Shown piece by piece: positions 13,263-25,741 of a stretch of 64,000 nt of DNA (positions are counted from its first letter, which is position 1; every line of letters starts with the position of its first letter). The translations under genes and the position numbers were made by a program. Under the pieces are notes generated by a model. It was not told the DNA's origin and did not search any database. It saw nothing but the letters and a program-made list of their open reading frames with translations. The stretch spans positions 113,152,001-113,216,000 of the forward strand of contig NW_024704743.1 in the NCBI RefSeq assembly GCF_018977255.1, given 5' to 3'. Origin of the DNA: Callorhinchus milii. Taxonomy: Eukaryota.

Positions 13263-15419
13263 CTAGGATGAACTATCGATTTCCAAGAAGGAATCCGGGA
13301 AAGTAGCATGAAAACTTTCCATCTCATAACTTAGCTCATCACATGAGGGGGTGGGAGTGAGGTGGTAGTTAACTCGGACTGAATGCATAGCCATCATTGA
13401 TTTCGCAGTCTTTCGACAACACTGGGTGCAACATATGAGAACACACTTTACAAAAACAAAGACTAACAAAATAACTAAACTTATTTCTAACAAAATTCTG
13501 ACTATACTTCCTAACCAACCCACTCCCATATTCTGCAACCAATTACTCAGCCAATCCAATAGTCCTCCGCCCGAATGAATAATGATATTACCCGCATCCT
13601 GCCCCGTTTGGTTAATCTCTTTGGTGATATTTGAAATTTTCCCAGAAAAATCATCTATCGTTATACAACATTCAGGGCCAATAACCTTACACACTCCTCC
13701 CGTCGCAGCCAAGACATAGTCAAGGGCCATGCGGTTCTGTAGTGTGTAAAGGCGAATCTCGGACATTTCCTTTCCAATAAGGGCCAACGCTGCGGATGTT
13801 TCGGCGGCCAAGGAAGAGACAGCCTGAGACAGGATAGCAATCTGATCAAGGGTACACATCACCCCATAAAAGGGAAGAAGGGCCCCAAGAAAGCGATTCC
13901 ACTGGGTCTGGGCATGCGTATGAAAGGGATCAGCCCTGCGAGAGCGATGGACATGGCGGAGGAACAGACGGATTGGAAACGTTCAACACCTGTGGGCCTG
14001 GGGCAGATGGCAGGGTTTCAGTCAAACGGATCATGGGAAAATAATGAGAAAGGGCACATCTTCCTTTAAAATTTGCCGGAAGGTAAGCATAAACAGTAGA
14101 ATTGCAAACCCAATAAAAATTCTTATGAATCGGGGATAGGGCGCAACCCTGAGTAATTGAATAAGTCAGCATCCGGTGAACCCGTAAAGGTAGAGCAACC
14201 CGACAATCCCAGAAACTGGATGATGGAACATCCTCTGCCGCGTAAGGGTAGATGGTATTACAGAAATGAGAATCCAAAAACCCAAGTGACTCAGTCCCAG
14301 TAAGAGATTCAACGCAGAATGCGAATCCTGTATAGACTGTAGTGGCCGCACCAATTTTAGGGGGCTTTCCGCAGTCACAATTACACATTCGCGGTCTCCA
14401 GGGCTGGTGACCACACTGCAATTCTTGCAACTGAGGATTTAAAGGAGGGCAGACAGCATCAGCATCAGGCGCTGACAGCATCAGCATCCAAGGCTGCACT
14501 CTCCACCTCGCAAAGCCAGTCAGGAACCTCGGCGTTTTGTTCGACCCTGAGCTGTCCTTTCTCCCTCACATCCGCACCACAACTGGCACCGCCTTCCATC
14601 ACCTCCGGAACATCGCCAGACTACAGCACTACCTCACCCCTCACGCTGCTGAAACTCTGGTCCACGCCTTTGTCACCTCAAGGCTGGACTATGGGAACTC
14701 TCTCCTCGCCGGCCTTCCCGCCACCTCCCTCCACAAGCTGCAGGTCATTCAGAACTCTGCAGCTCGTGTACTGTCCCGCACCAGGCTTCGGGAACACATC
14801 ACTCCCACCCTCGCTCGCCTCCACTGGCTCCCCATCCCCCAGAGGATTGATTTCAAGATCCTCATCCTCACCTACAAGGCCATTCACGGCCTTGCTCCCT
14901 CCTACCTCTCCGACCTACTATCCCCCTACCTACCTGCCCGTACCCTCCGTTCCTCTGGCTCCGGTCTGCTCCACGTCCCCCGCCCCAACCGCCCTACCAT
15001 CGGTGGTCGGGCCTTCAGCCTCTCAGCCCCGAGGCTCTGGAACTCCATCCCCCAGTGCCTTCGCCTTGCTTCCTCCCTTTCCTCCTTCAAGGCCGGTCTC
15101 AAAACCTTTCTCTTTGACCGAGCCTTCAGCTCCCCTCTCGACTCTCTTCCCCCTCCTCGCTCCCTCCCTTCCCTCCCCTTACCCTGACCATTTCCCCCCT
15201 CCTCGCTCCCTCCCTTCCCTCCCCTCACCCTGACCATTTCCCCCCTGCTCGGGTCATGACCCAACTGTGCAGCGCCTTGGGACGTCCTCCTGACGTGAAA
15301 GGCGCTTTATAAATGGAATCTTGTTGTTGTTGTTGTTGTTGAGGGCAAGTAATAGTTTGCGTTATTTGTAGGTAGAAAAGTGAACAAATTTCACATTCCG
15401 ACAACGGGAACGCCATCAT
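13263..15419 (-). pseudogene. env: Gamma-type retroviral envelope (SU+TM), disrupted by an L2 insertion and one frameshift
   Basis: SU motif FYWVCNSTVYAYLPANFKGRCAL; furin site RSRR (13935-13946); fusion peptide WNRFLGALLPFYGV; immunosuppressive domain LQNRMALDYVLAATGGVC; CX6CC (CKVIGPECC); TM helix and Cys-rich tail. Confidence 0.93.
14452..15340 (+). mobile_element. Young 5'-truncated L2 LINE inserted into env
   Basis: Open 216-aa ORF2 C-terminus (FVTSRLDYGNSLLAGLP...LHWLPIPQRIDFK), 3' stem-loop, (ttg)n tail, 7-bp TSD gagggca at 14445-14451 and 15341-15347. Confidence 0.95.
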
Positions 15420-16457
15420 GAACAGACTTTGTGTGACTATGAAGTGGCTTATTCTGTGTTTGTTTTTGTTTTCAATTTTAAGCCATGTTTGTTGTTTTGC
15501 TTCGAAAGTAGGTGATCACCAGCTCTTGCTGTCTTTTCACCGAGACCATGTCATACTGTACAATGCGAGTGAGCCTGTGCGCTGTTCTTCTGCCATATGT
15601 TACACTAATTTACCTCTAGAGGAGCGAACTTTCTCCTCCCATTTTGTGTTGCATCCTTTTCTGGCCTATATGTCTTCCGCCTCTATACGCACTCTCAATT
15701 GTTCCCGGAGTTCTATTCGCTGCACCCTTACCAGTAATCTCATGATAATGTGTTATTGTACTGGTTTATATGCATGTAAGTTTAATAAGTCTTGTTCATT
15801 TTGGAATATGCTTTCGCGATTCCCCAAAGCTTCCCAATTTGTGTATTCACTGACCGTCAAGGTTCACACATGAATAATGGCCACCTGGTTGAGGGACTGG
15901 AGGGTCATCATCTCTTTGCTGTGGTCCACACTTCCACCCAGCAGCCCGTGAGATGCCAGGACTCAGTGTGTTAGGAGAACCCTTACGTTGAGAGGGGGAA
16001 ACTCTGCTCATCAACAAGTATATTGACTTTGACAGTGAGCACATGCTATTCTTCACCTTCGATAAATTCACCAAATATTTCTATGAGCTGAGGGATCTTT
16101 TGCTTTCATTTTTATTTGTGCTCCTCAAATGGTTTGCTTTAGTCTCTTCTCCATCCAAGCCCCCCCCCCCCCCCCACCCCACCAACATAATTTTTAGCTT
16201 GTTTCACTGTTCATTGTTTCAAATATTATATTAATACTTTCAGAAGTAATTCTAAAATCCTAATTTCAGTGCTTGAAATTCTTCCATTATTTAAAGTAAA
16301 GTATCGCAAATGTACATTAAAAATAGTGGAGTTTGAACCAGATTAAAAATGATCAAAGAAAATAAACTGGAACATGAATTAATTTCTGACGTGAACTGCT
16401 AACTATTTTGACGCTGAGTTAAAATTTGCATCTTTTCGTATTCTTGTTATTAACCAG

Positions 16458-16634
16458 GTACTGCACGGAGTTTAAGCTGGAGTCGCTGTCTTTCCATTGC
16501 ACTGTAGAAAACCGCCCTTTTGCTAGGTGGATGCAATACCTACGAGAAGGTTACACTGTGTGTGTCGCTTGCCAACCACCGGCTATGAATACAGGGAGCC
16601 ACCGTTGTATTGGCGATGGTGCAGAAGATTATGG
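16458..16634 (+). CDS. SBSPON: SBSPON exon 4
   Basis: accag| YCTEFKLESLSFHCTVENRPFARWMQYLREGYTVCVACQPPAMNTGSHRCIGDGAEDY |gtaatt. Confidence 0.95.
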
Positions 16635-17876
16635 GTAATTAAGTTTCGATAGACACGCACGTCATATGTACACAAAAACGAGATTATATCGATGTCCCCA
16701 TTCTCTTCCTCCTCTCGAGCTGCTTCGCCAATTTTCTCTCTTCCTCTTGTGAAGGCATTCAACCCGTTTCCTTCCGTAGTGGTACAATTCCTGCTGCTTT
16801 CTTACCCACGTAGGCATCGTTCTGCTCCGAGCAATTTGCTGCAATTTGTTCCTTTGTATTCCATTTCATAGTCTAACACAGCACTGCCAAAGTATTTAAT
16901 GGAAAATGTTACTAATAATTAACATTTGGCACACATTATTCCCAATTTAGGATGAATTGTACCATCATTATATGGTTTATGGGACGTGTTTATCAAGTTG
17001 AATGCATACTTTCTGCTCATTAACATTTGTCGGGATCCAGTTGCACTGACCCAATTTAGATTTGTTGCACCTTTGTTTAGTCAGCATCGTCTCAGCAGTA
17101 TTCTTTTTGTTTATGAAGTGAAACTAGTGATGTTACAGAATGCATTCAATGTGATAATTATGAAATGTCACACATTTACCTTCCATCTTTACCTCAGTTA
17201 GATCACCCCACAACTAACATGTAACCCAATTCTGTTCATACCTTTATCTGCGAGGTGCACATCTTTGTTTGTATCTCTATCTGAAGGACTGGACTTGTTA
17301 AGAGTTTTTCTCTCTGGAGAAGATGCTTGAGAAGGAACCTGATAAAGATGCTTCAAATTTTGAAAGGATTCGATTTAGTGGACAATAATAGGCTGTTTTC
17401 ATCTGTTGGTGAGTCCAACACAAGCGGGAATAAATAAGTCAGTAGCAGATAAAAAGAAAGTTCAGGTGAGAGTGTGTTGGAAGTTGTGATTGAAACAGAA
17501 AGCATCAACATATTTAAGAGGAAACTTGATGCATTCATGAGGGAGAAGTGAAATAGAGGGATCAAGGAGGCGATTAGGAAGGTATGAAGCTCATGTAGAT
17601 TGTAACCACCAGTGCAGACTAGTTGGGACAAATCATTTAACTGCTCTGTAAGTTTCTATTTGTCTGTAATTCTATGCGATTGCACCTCAAACTGCATTGC
17701 ATTTGCAAATGTAGGAGTGAAATTTGTGATGTTTCTTAATGCGTTCCTGATGAGTTATCTCAAGGAATGTGTTATGCAATGCCACAAATTTCACCCCACT
17801 CATCTTTCTAAATGGTGTGATAAGATTTTTGGTCATTATAGTTACTCTCTGACGTTTTTGTTTTCCACGGTGACAG

Positions 17877-17994
17877 GACGGATACTTTCCAGTGGCAAGC
17901 AGTGGGCAATAACCGATGTAGAGGAACATGGAAAAAAGTCCGTCAAGTGCCACAGTGTTCCTGTCCTGTTGTCCACAGCTTTGTGTTTACTTGA
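17877..17994 (+). CDS. SBSPON: SBSPON last coding exon
   Basis: gacag| TDTFQWQAVGNNRCRGTWKKVRQVPQCSCPVVHSFVFT*; matches the SBSPON C-terminus. Confidence 0.95.
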
Positions 17995-19949
17995 GAAATG
18001 AGTCTTCGCTTCTGAAACTTTCTACAATAAGTTATAAACAATGTTGTTGTGTAACCCTAAGTTGAAATTTATATCAAACAAACACCACTCGTTTTATTTC
18101 CAAGTCTTAAAGGGATCACCCCTTGAACACTTTACTGTAAGACAACACTGAGTCATTCTGAATGTGAATGAAAACGTTTGAAAAGACCAATTCAGATACA
18201 TAATAAAACAGCATGGGACTGAAGACAGAATTCATGATTTCCTGTGGGTTTTATTAAGCATGCTGGGGTGCTAAGTTAGTTTGTTATTTTAAAATACTTA
18301 TTGCTTCTTTGCATAGCTATTATTTTAAGTGCGTAAATTTCAAATGTTTTCTCCATGTCTAAGTTGCTGTCCTCTTTTCCTTGGTTTAGATGTTTTCAAA
18401 ATTTTAAAAGGGTCCTGGATGCCACAATGCATTTAAATATTGCCCTCTTGGCATCCAGGTTCAAGACCAGCTCACACAGCTGGAGTGAACATGTGCTGTT
18501 CCTTATGATTCCTTAAGGTTTCAAAGTGAACAAGTTCAAATAGCCGCAATCTAACTCTAACTCACAGTAAACACATGAAGATCATACATTCGTCACCCAA
18601 GCAGCACTGACTGGACAGTCTTGCTTAGTCAGTCCATAAAACTTCCAACAGTTAACTGCACTGGTAGCTCTATTTACTGATGCTGATTACTCTGCTGAAT
18701 TTACTATCTTTACCAGTGTGCGCTTACAGTGGGATTTCCCTATCTGTGATGGTGATGTTGGTGGTACATTGGGCCGGCCATCTCTCACTTAGCACATTCT
18801 CCAGATGATGTAGAGGAAGCTCTGCATCTATGAGGAAATGTACTTTGGTTGATCTTGGAATCTAGGATTCCATCAACTGGGCTTAAGGAGGAAAGAACTT
18901 AGGCAAGGACACCAAGACAAACTGGGTTTAACATTTTTTCTGATAGACAGCAACTCTGACAATGTATCAGCCAAGACTGTATACTCAAGCTCCAATGTAG
19001 AGCTCAAATCCATAATTTTCTGATCCAAAGGCAAGAACGCTACCAATTGGGGCAAAATGACACCTTTAGAAATGTTCCGGTCCCTAACCCAGTCATCAAA
19101 CACATTGAGCAGCAATGAAAAACAGACACTAACAATTTGCATTTATATTGTGTCTCTCACATTGAGAGGGCATTTCAAAGCACTTCACACAGCTGACTGG
19201 GACCTTGAGCTGGACATTTGTAATGTTCCCATTATACAGTAACAATTGTGCAGTATATTAATGAGAAAATGTCATTTGAAATAATATTTTGTACATAAGC
19301 TTTTGATAAATTTACTTTTTTTCTTTGAAAAATGCAATATCTCATAATTGAGGGAAAGGTGAAGAACAGAGAATCCATAGGTTAAACAAAACTGTTGGGA
19401 GCATTTATTTGATGGTTCCCCTGTATAAATGTTTGTATATTAATTTGTGCTACATTGAGCAGTAATAATAAAGGCGATTACAATATTTTGAGTATGTTTG
19501 TAATACAGTAATTGTAACAGTTTACAAGAGTTTACAATGGAAGGTAATTGTGCTTGACCAAGCAGATTTTAGTACAGTCCAGTCAAGAATTTGTAAATGA
19601 CCATAGAAAAACATGACAAAGGGAAGAGGTTGAGCCCTCCTGCTTATTATCTATTCTGGGGTGGGTCACTTTCCACTAGAATATAAGAGCAATAAGTGTC
19701 TATTGCAATTGTATAGAGCACTAGTCAGACCTCATTTAAAAAATTTCGGTTCAGTTTTGGGTGCTCCACTTGAGGAAGGAGATATCCAGTGATGATTCAC
19801 TAAAATATGCTTGAGACTTCAAACTGAACGTTAAAACAGAGGGTAAGTAAATTGGGATTATATTTATAGAAGTTCAGAATGCTGAGAGTGACCTGGTGGA
19901 GGCTATTGACAAGGTATAGAGGCACCCACACTAAAATTAGCGAAACAAC

Positions 19950-20660
19950 AACTTGAACCTATGTTTCACATAGGGTGAACATCTCAAAGATCTTAACACT
20001 TTGAGTACCAATCAGAAAGGAAGATTTAAGGATGTTGATAAAAAAATTTTTTTGAATAGGGTGTTGAAGGCAGGGTCAGAGGAAGCAAGGCTAAGAGATA
20101 TTGGAACGGAATTATTGAGGACAGGAACTTGGTGGGATAGGACTGAGGAGCAAGCCAAATAGGAAGAGACGATGATACGGGCAGAAAAGGGCTAACATAG
20201 ATTGAAAAAGTCAAGAGGCTAGACTGTGGAGGGAAGTCAGGTCGAAAAACGTTAAAGTTGATTTGCTGGTATATTTGGGAGTCAGTGGAGCTTGGCAAGT
20301 AGACAAGTAATGGATATGTGAGGCTTAGTGTGAGAGATAATGCAGTTTGCAAAGTTTGGGATAAATTAGAGCTCATGCAGTGTGGAGTTACAGGCCCAGT
20401 GAGGAGAACATTGGAAACATTTATGCTCGAGGTGATGAAGACATGAATGAGGGTTTCAGAAACAGTGAAGGTGGATAGAAAAGGGACAGTTTCGGCAATG
20501 TGTGATTGGGCGTGGTTGAAGCACCATTCAGTATCAAGCAGATCATTCACTTGGCTGAGCAGCCAGTGAGCAGCCAGGATGGTTGTCGGGAATTGGAGCC
20601 AGAGGCAATAAAAGTGCTGGCGAGAACTGAATAAGAAATCCTCATCCTTGTTGACATTAA
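19950..20660 (-). mobile_element. Old L2 LINE fragment
   Basis: Degenerate SETLIHVFITSSINVSNVLL motif. Confidence 0.7.
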
Positions 20661-20679
20661 GCTAAAGACTAAGGCTCAT

Positions 20680-20935
20680 TGCAAAAGGCAAAATACTGCA
20701 GATGCTGGAAATTTGAAAAAAAAACAGACTTTCAAGAGATCAAATCTGCAATGAACCTTGAAATAAAAACAGAAGTCGCTGGGAACCCTCTGCGGGTCAG
20801 GCAGGTTCTGATGAAAGATCACCGACCTGAAATGTTAACTCACTTTCCTCTCTCCATAGATGCTGCCTGCTGAGTGTTCCCAGTGACTTCTGTTTTTATT
20901 TCAAGGTTCATTGCAGATTTGATCTCTTGAAAGTC
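20680..20935. mobile_element. Penelope-like terminal fragment with a 60-bp inverted repeat and a minimal hammerhead-like core
   Basis: aaatactgcagatgctggaa terminus; arms 20727-20786 and 20876-20935 (1 mismatch); CTGATGA...GAAA-tgttaac at 20808-20839. Confidence 0.65.
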
Positions 20936-22889
20936 GATTCATCGGAACAGCAACAGACCTGAAATCAAAAATGGAAGCAAACAGGTGGAGCTGTGTATCA
21001 GCAGCATACATCCAGAACAAGAGAGTCTTACCTTAAAATCTCTACAAGAGGCAAGTGAGGAAGTGAGCATGGATTGGCTCTGGTAACCCTTGACAGAAGT
21101 GCTTAAAATAACAGGCTTGGAAAACTTGCAGTTAAGTTTTCTATCAATATACAAAATAAAAGAATGCAAAGGAGGGGGGGGGGAGAGAGACCTCAAATAA
21201 GGCCAACAAAACAGCAAATAAGAAGTGGCACTGATTTCTTTTATTTAAAGGGTGTCTGTTGTGTTGGACAAACTATCAGCAAAGGTGATAAATAAACCAA
21301 GGAACTAAGCAGCTTAAAAGGATTTGAGGTTGTTAGACGCATCAAAGAAATATTTTGGAATAGACTAGATGGACTTCTACTCTTGCCTGTAATGGTTATT
21401 ACAGAATAGTAAGTTCTGAACCATTAAGCGAATGACACTTGATACTACTAAGCATAGTAGACAAAAGTTCAAGAAAGGGCCTTTTATTTAGAGGAATCTG
21501 AACTTGGAATTTTTTTTTGACAAATCTCCCCAGATTGTTAAGATAGCTTTACTGTACCATATCCAATTGCATTCAACTCATTGGTTGCCTGAATCCAAAA
21601 AGCCAGTTTGTGCTCTCTTGAAAAAANTTCAAAACAATTTGAAAATGTATGGTTCGCGGAGTACAGCATGTTGATGTATCAACACAGATCAGACACAAAT
21701 GCTGCATTAATTTGGAACTGACATTTTTTTAATTCATGTTTATACAAACAAATTGAAACAAACATTTCAATCATTTGATTTTAAAAAAATCATTTCCCCC
21801 AAATTAATTCTTCGGTCCTGGCAACGTCCAGTAAGAGATATGTAACAGTGGCCTTCAGTTATCTGTCAACATTTTTCCCCTTCCTATTAGGGTTGGGTAA
21901 ATTCCATTCGACAGCCTCCAATGACAGACAAGCTAAGAATGTGTGGTGAACTGCAGCATATTACACTGAATACACCATGTCAGCTATCTTAATGATTGAA
22001 TGAAAATACTTTATTAGAGTGTGGGATACAAAATACGATGTAGGATATGCATAGTGTAAAGAATTAAGAATGTGAAGCGAGAAGTTTGCATACATCTGAA
22101 CTACAGTAGTTGATCTTTCAGACATTTGCATGACTTGCATGATTTGCATGACTATATTTTATATTTTAAAAAAAAATTCTGCTCCACAACTTCTTATTTT
22201 TACTTCTGCTATGTTTGCTGTTTATAACTAGTCAGAAAAGCAGCTAAACTACAGACTCTCCTGGCACTGTTTTACGGTGAGCTAAAAGAGTCAACTTCTA
22301 TGATGTAGAACTGTGCTACTGTACTGTTCATTCCTGGCCTTAGCACAATACTGACACACCCAGAACTGACAAAAGTCACTCAACTTTATTGAAACTTGTT
22401 TCAAAGCTTGATTTAAACTCCATCTGCTTGTGTATTCAATATTTTGCTACAAACAATTTTCATATCCCAACATTGTAATGCTGACACGGACTATCTTCTA
22501 ATTGGATGCTGTTTCTAATATATTCTTTTATACAACTTTACCAGCTTGCTGTTGTCTTTTTAAGTACCCTAGTTAAAAACCTCTCTCTATAAATGTCACC
22601 ATCATAATCTGAACTTGGATGTTTTTTCTGTCCAGTCATTAGGATTCCATGGTACAAATATAAAAGATGACATGAGCTCGCCAATAGGGATTTAACTTCA
22701 ATACCCAACGGTGGAGCACCGAGAATTTTCAACAGACACAAACTCATGCGCAAATATTTGTTAGAGTTGGCACTTTCTATTCTCTTATACATAAAGCGTA
22801 CAAATTCGAGATCAGATATAAAAAATACAAATTCTCATTCTGGACTGAACATTGCACTTAAGTACCAGGTCAATAAAATGCTGCCATTT

Positions 22890-23335
22890 CATACTTGTAA
22901 CGTCTCTCATCGGCAGGACCTACAAGGGCAGACCAATCACTGGAGGCAGGAAGTCATCCCAGTCATCCTGTTAACCTTGAAAGCCAAAGCTATGGGTAGG
23001 ATGGTCCTAGCTGGACAAGCAGCGGGATAGCTTGCCAGACAGCAATATCAATGGCAAGCTATGCGGTTTTACCTGGTTAAGACTCCAGCGATACCCCAAC
23101 ACACACTCTAGGGTTCCCAAGCCTTGGCTCTTGCCAACCTGCGCCTAATGCTTTCTGAAATTAGCTAAGCAGGATGCGTCCTCCCAGGGAGAAAGTGCAT
23201 ATTCCATTCCAACAATCTATCTTTGGGATTTCCATGTGTAGGTGGGATGCATGAAAATCTCAGCTTGGTTTGGATACTTTTAAGCGCAGTGATGGGTTTC
23301 CGCATGTGTCAGACACCAGGCTGACCAAAAAACAC
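22890..23335 (+). repeat. Unnamed old dispersed repeat; related copies at ~11440-11975 (+), ~36165-36465 (+), ~37685-38125 (-)
   Basis: Shared blocks gactccagc...ccaagccttggctcttgccaacctgcgcctaatg and ...ttaagc..gtgatg..ttcc...cagctgacca. Confidence 0.65.
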
Positions 23336-23676
23336 AAACAAAACGTGTGCCTACAGCACAATAGCTCAATGTTTTGTCCTTTACAATCTTTTCTTTTCAC
23401 AAAATACATACATGTTCAACAAAAAAGGCAAACAAGTAGATAAACTTGGAAAGGCAATAGAAAGTGTGCAACTTGAGAAACTTTCCTGATCTAGTTTACG
23501 TGTCGGTTATGCGTCACCAAGTCCCGTTCAAAGCTTAAATCAATAAAAGATATAAGTATGGGATTGGCCTAGCAGTCAAATAGACAACATTGCACATGAA
23601 CAAAAAAAAAACTCATTCATCTGTAGATTTAAAATGGTTCTCTTAAAAAAGTGTGAACCTTTATAATTGATGCTTC

Positions 23677-23853
23677 TCAGTTCTCATCGGAGCTGTCAGC
23701 AATGCCCAGCTTCTTCATGGTTCTCCATCTGTCCTTCAGCATTATATTGGTACGATTGTCAAAATCGTAATACTGTAGAATCGTGGTCCAGTTCCCACAT
23801 CCAAATCTTCTTACTCCTTTCTTCAGCTGCTGGTCTTCTTTCGATAACCAGTG
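23677..23853 (-). CDS. TERF1: TERF1 exon 10 (Myb/telobox DNA-binding domain, stop)
   Basis: ttccaag| [58 protein letters not shown]. Confidence 0.96.
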   Translation of the reverse strand, partial: HWLSKEDQQLKKGVRRFGCGNWTTILQYYDFDNRTNIMLKDRWRTMKKLGIADSSDEN

Positions 23854-24354
23854 CTTGGAAAATATACGTTAAACAAGGTCAAAAGTTATGAGGGTTTTGC
23901 AGCTTATAATAAACCGCTCAGTCTCAAATAATTCTCGATCAGTCTCCAAAAGCAAAGCCAATTGTCATTTGGAAATTTCAAGTGAATAAATAATGTATCA
24001 AAAGATTTTGGAAACGTAAGAACATAAGAAATGCTAGTCAAAAAAAAGACTAAAGTCCATCTAGTTCGCCTTCCACCTTCCTGGCAGTCGCATGCACATA
24101 CGTCCCAAACTACCTATGTACTATATCCCACAATGTTATTTCCTAAAAGAAATCTATTTAATCTGTGTTTGAAGGAATCAACACTTCCTGCTTCAACTGT
24201 CTCCCTAGGAAGCCTGGTCCACAGATTTACTATTCGCTCACTAAAATAGTGTTTGCGTAGATTCGTTCTGACTTTACCCCCCCCCCCCCAACCAATCGCA
24301 GACTGTGTCCTCTGGTTTTATTATTCTGGACTAGTTGAAACAGCCTGTCATTAT

Positions 24355-25360
24355 CTTGGTGACATCATCTGCAGATATGGGGTCAACTTCCACATGTACG
24401 TGGATGACACCCAACTCTATTTCTCTGCCTCCATCATCGACTCCAGGACCACTGCTGTCCTGACAGAATGTCTGTCAGACATCAAGTCCTGGATGAAAGC
24501 CAACTTTCTACAGTGAACGTTAGCGAAACCAAGGCTCTCCTGATTGGCTCGCGCCAGCGCCTCTGCACCTCAAACACTGGCAGCATTGGTATCCACGGAT
24601 GCACACTCCACCTTACTGAGCCAGTCAGGAGCCCAGGCATGTTGTTTGACCCTCAACTGTCCTTTCTACTCCACATCTATGCCATGATCCGCTCTGCCTT
24701 ACCCCACCTCTGCATCATTGCCCAACTCCGCCACTGCCTCTCAGGCTGCCAAAACCCTTAAACATGCTTTCATTACATCCAGCCTCGACTATACCAATGC
24801 CCTGCTTGTCGGCCTTCCCAATTCTTCCCTGCACAAGCTGCAGATCATCCAGAACTGTGCAGCTCATGTCCTCTCCCGCACCAGGCTCCATGACCCCATC
24901 ACACCCACCCTCCCCCGGTTCCACTGGCTCTCCATCCCTCAGAGGATCAAGTTCAAAGTCCCGTCCTCACCTTCAAGGCCCTCCATGGCCTTTCCTCCTC
25001 CTACTGCTCCGACCTAATAAGGGTATCAACCTGTCTGTTCCCTCCAGAGCAGGATCCTGCCTGCTCCATGTCCTCCGCCCGGCCCACCATTGGTGGTCGG
25101 GCCTTCAGCTTCTCTACACCCACCCTCTGGAACTCCATCCCATATTCCATTCATCTCGCTCCCTCCCTCGCCTCCTTCAAGGCACGCCTCAATACCCTCC
25201 TCTTTGACTGTGCCTTCGGCCACCCTCCTACCCTCTCTGCCCTCCACCCTCCCTGATTCTCCACCCCCTCCCATCCTGCTGGGGTCCAAATCCCTGTCTG
25301 TTCAGAACCTTGGGATGTCCTCTCAACGTGAAAGGCGCTTTATAAATGTCATTTTGTATT
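24355..25360 (+). mobile_element. L2 LINE RT/C-terminal fragment
   Basis: FHMYVDDTQLY, FITSSLDYTNALLVGLP, HWLSIPQRIKFK, L2 3' tail. Confidence 0.9.
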
Positions 25361-25423
25361 ATCTTGCATTTCTACACTGTCTAGCCCCTTTAGAATCTTA
25401 AAAGTCAGCAATCATATTGCTTC

Positions 25424-25740
25424 TCCTGTAGCTCAGTGGTTAGAGCTCTCGCCTCGCAAGCGAGAGACCTGGGTTCGACTCCGGGCAGGGCGAAATGTTG
25501 GGTCAAGTTTCCTTACTCCACACGCCTCTGTTTCCTAGCAGTAAGTAGGAACCCAGTTGTAGTCAATTGGCGAATTGCTTTTCTGGGGATAATGCTTCCA
25601 AAAAAAACCCAATAATAATTTGGTCATTCAATCCACAACTTTTTGTGAGACACTGCTGTACACAACTGGCTACTGCGTTATGCCCACAAATATACAGTCA
25701 ATTCACTTTACAGTGTATTCTGTGAAGCGCTTTGAGACAT
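25424..25740 (+). mobile_element. tRNA-derived SINE
   Basis: A/B-box head tagctcagtggttagagc...gggttcgactcc followed by the family body. Confidence 0.9.
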
Positions 25741-25741
25741 C

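Larger units (their letters stand above)
12798..15845 (-). mobile_element. Endogenous retrovirus remnant (gag-like fragment - env - 3' LTR), antisense in SBSPON intron 3
   Basis: Gamma-type env, polypurine tract AAAAGGGAGGAG (13200-13211), LTR, and a stop-ridden gag-like frame at 15420-15845; no pol or 5' LTR seen. Confidence 0.88.

Noticed and set aside
15418..15873. 151-aa + strand ORF with a signal-peptide-like start
   Set aside because: Antisense shadow of the ERV gag-like frame; no independent support
21627..21627. Single N
   Set aside because: Assembly ambiguity
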